Origin: Octopus sinensis
Lineage: Eukaryota
Direction of reading: 5' to 3'
DNA: 64,000 nucleotides
NCBI RefSeq assembly: GCF_006345805.1
Contig: NC_042997.1
Span: 170,934,001 to 170,998,000, forward strand
Shown: positions 63,221 through 64,000 of the stretch, one piece after another
Numbering within the stretch: position 1 is the stretch's first letter
Layout of the letters: every line of letters starts with the position of its first letter
Program-made: the position numbers and the translations under genes
The notes under the pieces: generated by a model
The model's database searches: none
What the model was told of the DNA's origin: nothing
The model's input: the letters and a program-made list of their open reading frames with translations, nothing else

Positions 63221-63692
63221 ATGTTTGTCTCCCCGATGGTGGTGTGTTTACGTCCCCGTATATTAGAGGTTTGGCAAAAGAGACCAATAGAATAAGTACT
63301 AGGCTTCCTTCCAAAGAATAAGTCCTGGGGTCGATTTGCTCGACTAAAGGCGGTACAGTCAAATGACTGAAACAAGTAAAAGAGAGTAAACATAGCTTTG
63401 AGATTGTTTATTTCTAGAATGACATTGTAAGGTGAGAATGAGATGTTGAATTTGGTCAGTCTGAATATAAAACAGGTAGAATGGTTTCGGCGGGATATGG
63501 CTGGTTTAAATGCTAAGGGGGAGGTGAAGGAGTTTATTCTCTTGCAAAGCTAACGAAGTGTTGTCCTCCTTCCTCTGCTTAAACACTTAAACTTACACCA
63601 ATATATTCCTAGCATCATTACCCACCATTCACCCCCATTTCAACAACAACAGCTTCCACTGCCACCGCTGCCACTACAACCACCACCACTAC

Positions 63693-64000
63693 CTCGGGGG
63701 AATTTGAACTCAGAACGTATCGGCAGACGAAATACATGTTTCTTTATTACCCACAAGGGTCTAAACACAGAGAGGACAAACAAGGACAGACAAACGGATT
63801 AAGTCGATTATATCGACCCCAGTGCGTAACTGGTACTTATTTAATCGACTCCGAAAGGATGAGAGGCAAAGTCGACCTCGGCGGAATTGGAACTCAGAAT
63901 GTAGCGGCGGACGAAATACCTATTTCTTTACTACCCACAAGGGGCTAAACATAGAGTGGACAAACAAGGACAGACAAAGGGATTAAGTCGATTACATCGA
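63693..64000 (-). mobile_element. SINE family B tandem units (period 184 bp), runs off window end
   Basis: GGAATT(T/G)GAACTCAGAA recurs at about 63699 and 63883; unit junctions are AAAGAAA(T/C)A|(G/T)GTATTTCGTC on the minus strand. Confidence 0.9.

Noticed and set aside
1-64000. Fanzor/TnpB, retron, Polinton or other multi-gene novel system
   Set aside because: No long ORF and no RuvC, RT-core or DNA-polymerase motif is visible in the six-frame track or by manual reading. All identifiable coding remnants belong to known TE classes.

Overview
AT-rich, microsatellite-dense eukaryotic DNA that reads as intronic or intergenic. The repeat families and (TA)n/(CA)n/(AAT)n/(GAT)n tracts resemble an octopod cephalopod (Octopus) genome; this is inferred from recognising the repeats, not from a database search. 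I found no intact protein-coding gene, rRNA, true tRNA or CRISPR array, and nearly all ORFs in the supplied track come from microsatellites or SINEs. The window is a layered transposon graveyard. It holds >40 copies or fragments of four tRNA-headed SINE families (my labels A-D) and a (GAT)n-tailed retroposon with an internal hairpin-repeat array (E). DNA transposon remains include two Tc1/mariner fossils (a full-length rosa/DD41D-like copy and a truncated maT/DD37D copy), several TTAA piggyBac MITEs (one nested, one keeping a probable transposase 5' end), an 8-bp-TSD hAT MITE and two unclassified MITEs. There are also 3' fragments of RTE-like and R4/Dong-like LINEs and Penelope-like termini. 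Best leads: (1) a decayed but foldable type-I hammerhead ribozyme at 58510-58613; (2) SINE family B repeatedly joining into one internal site of other family B copies; (3) the structure-conserved hairpin array in family E; (4) a telomere-repeat patch inside the mariner fossil; (5) an R4/Dong-like LINE end inside a (TAA)n tract. These are modest, testable observations; I cannot support a claim of a new multi-gene system here.
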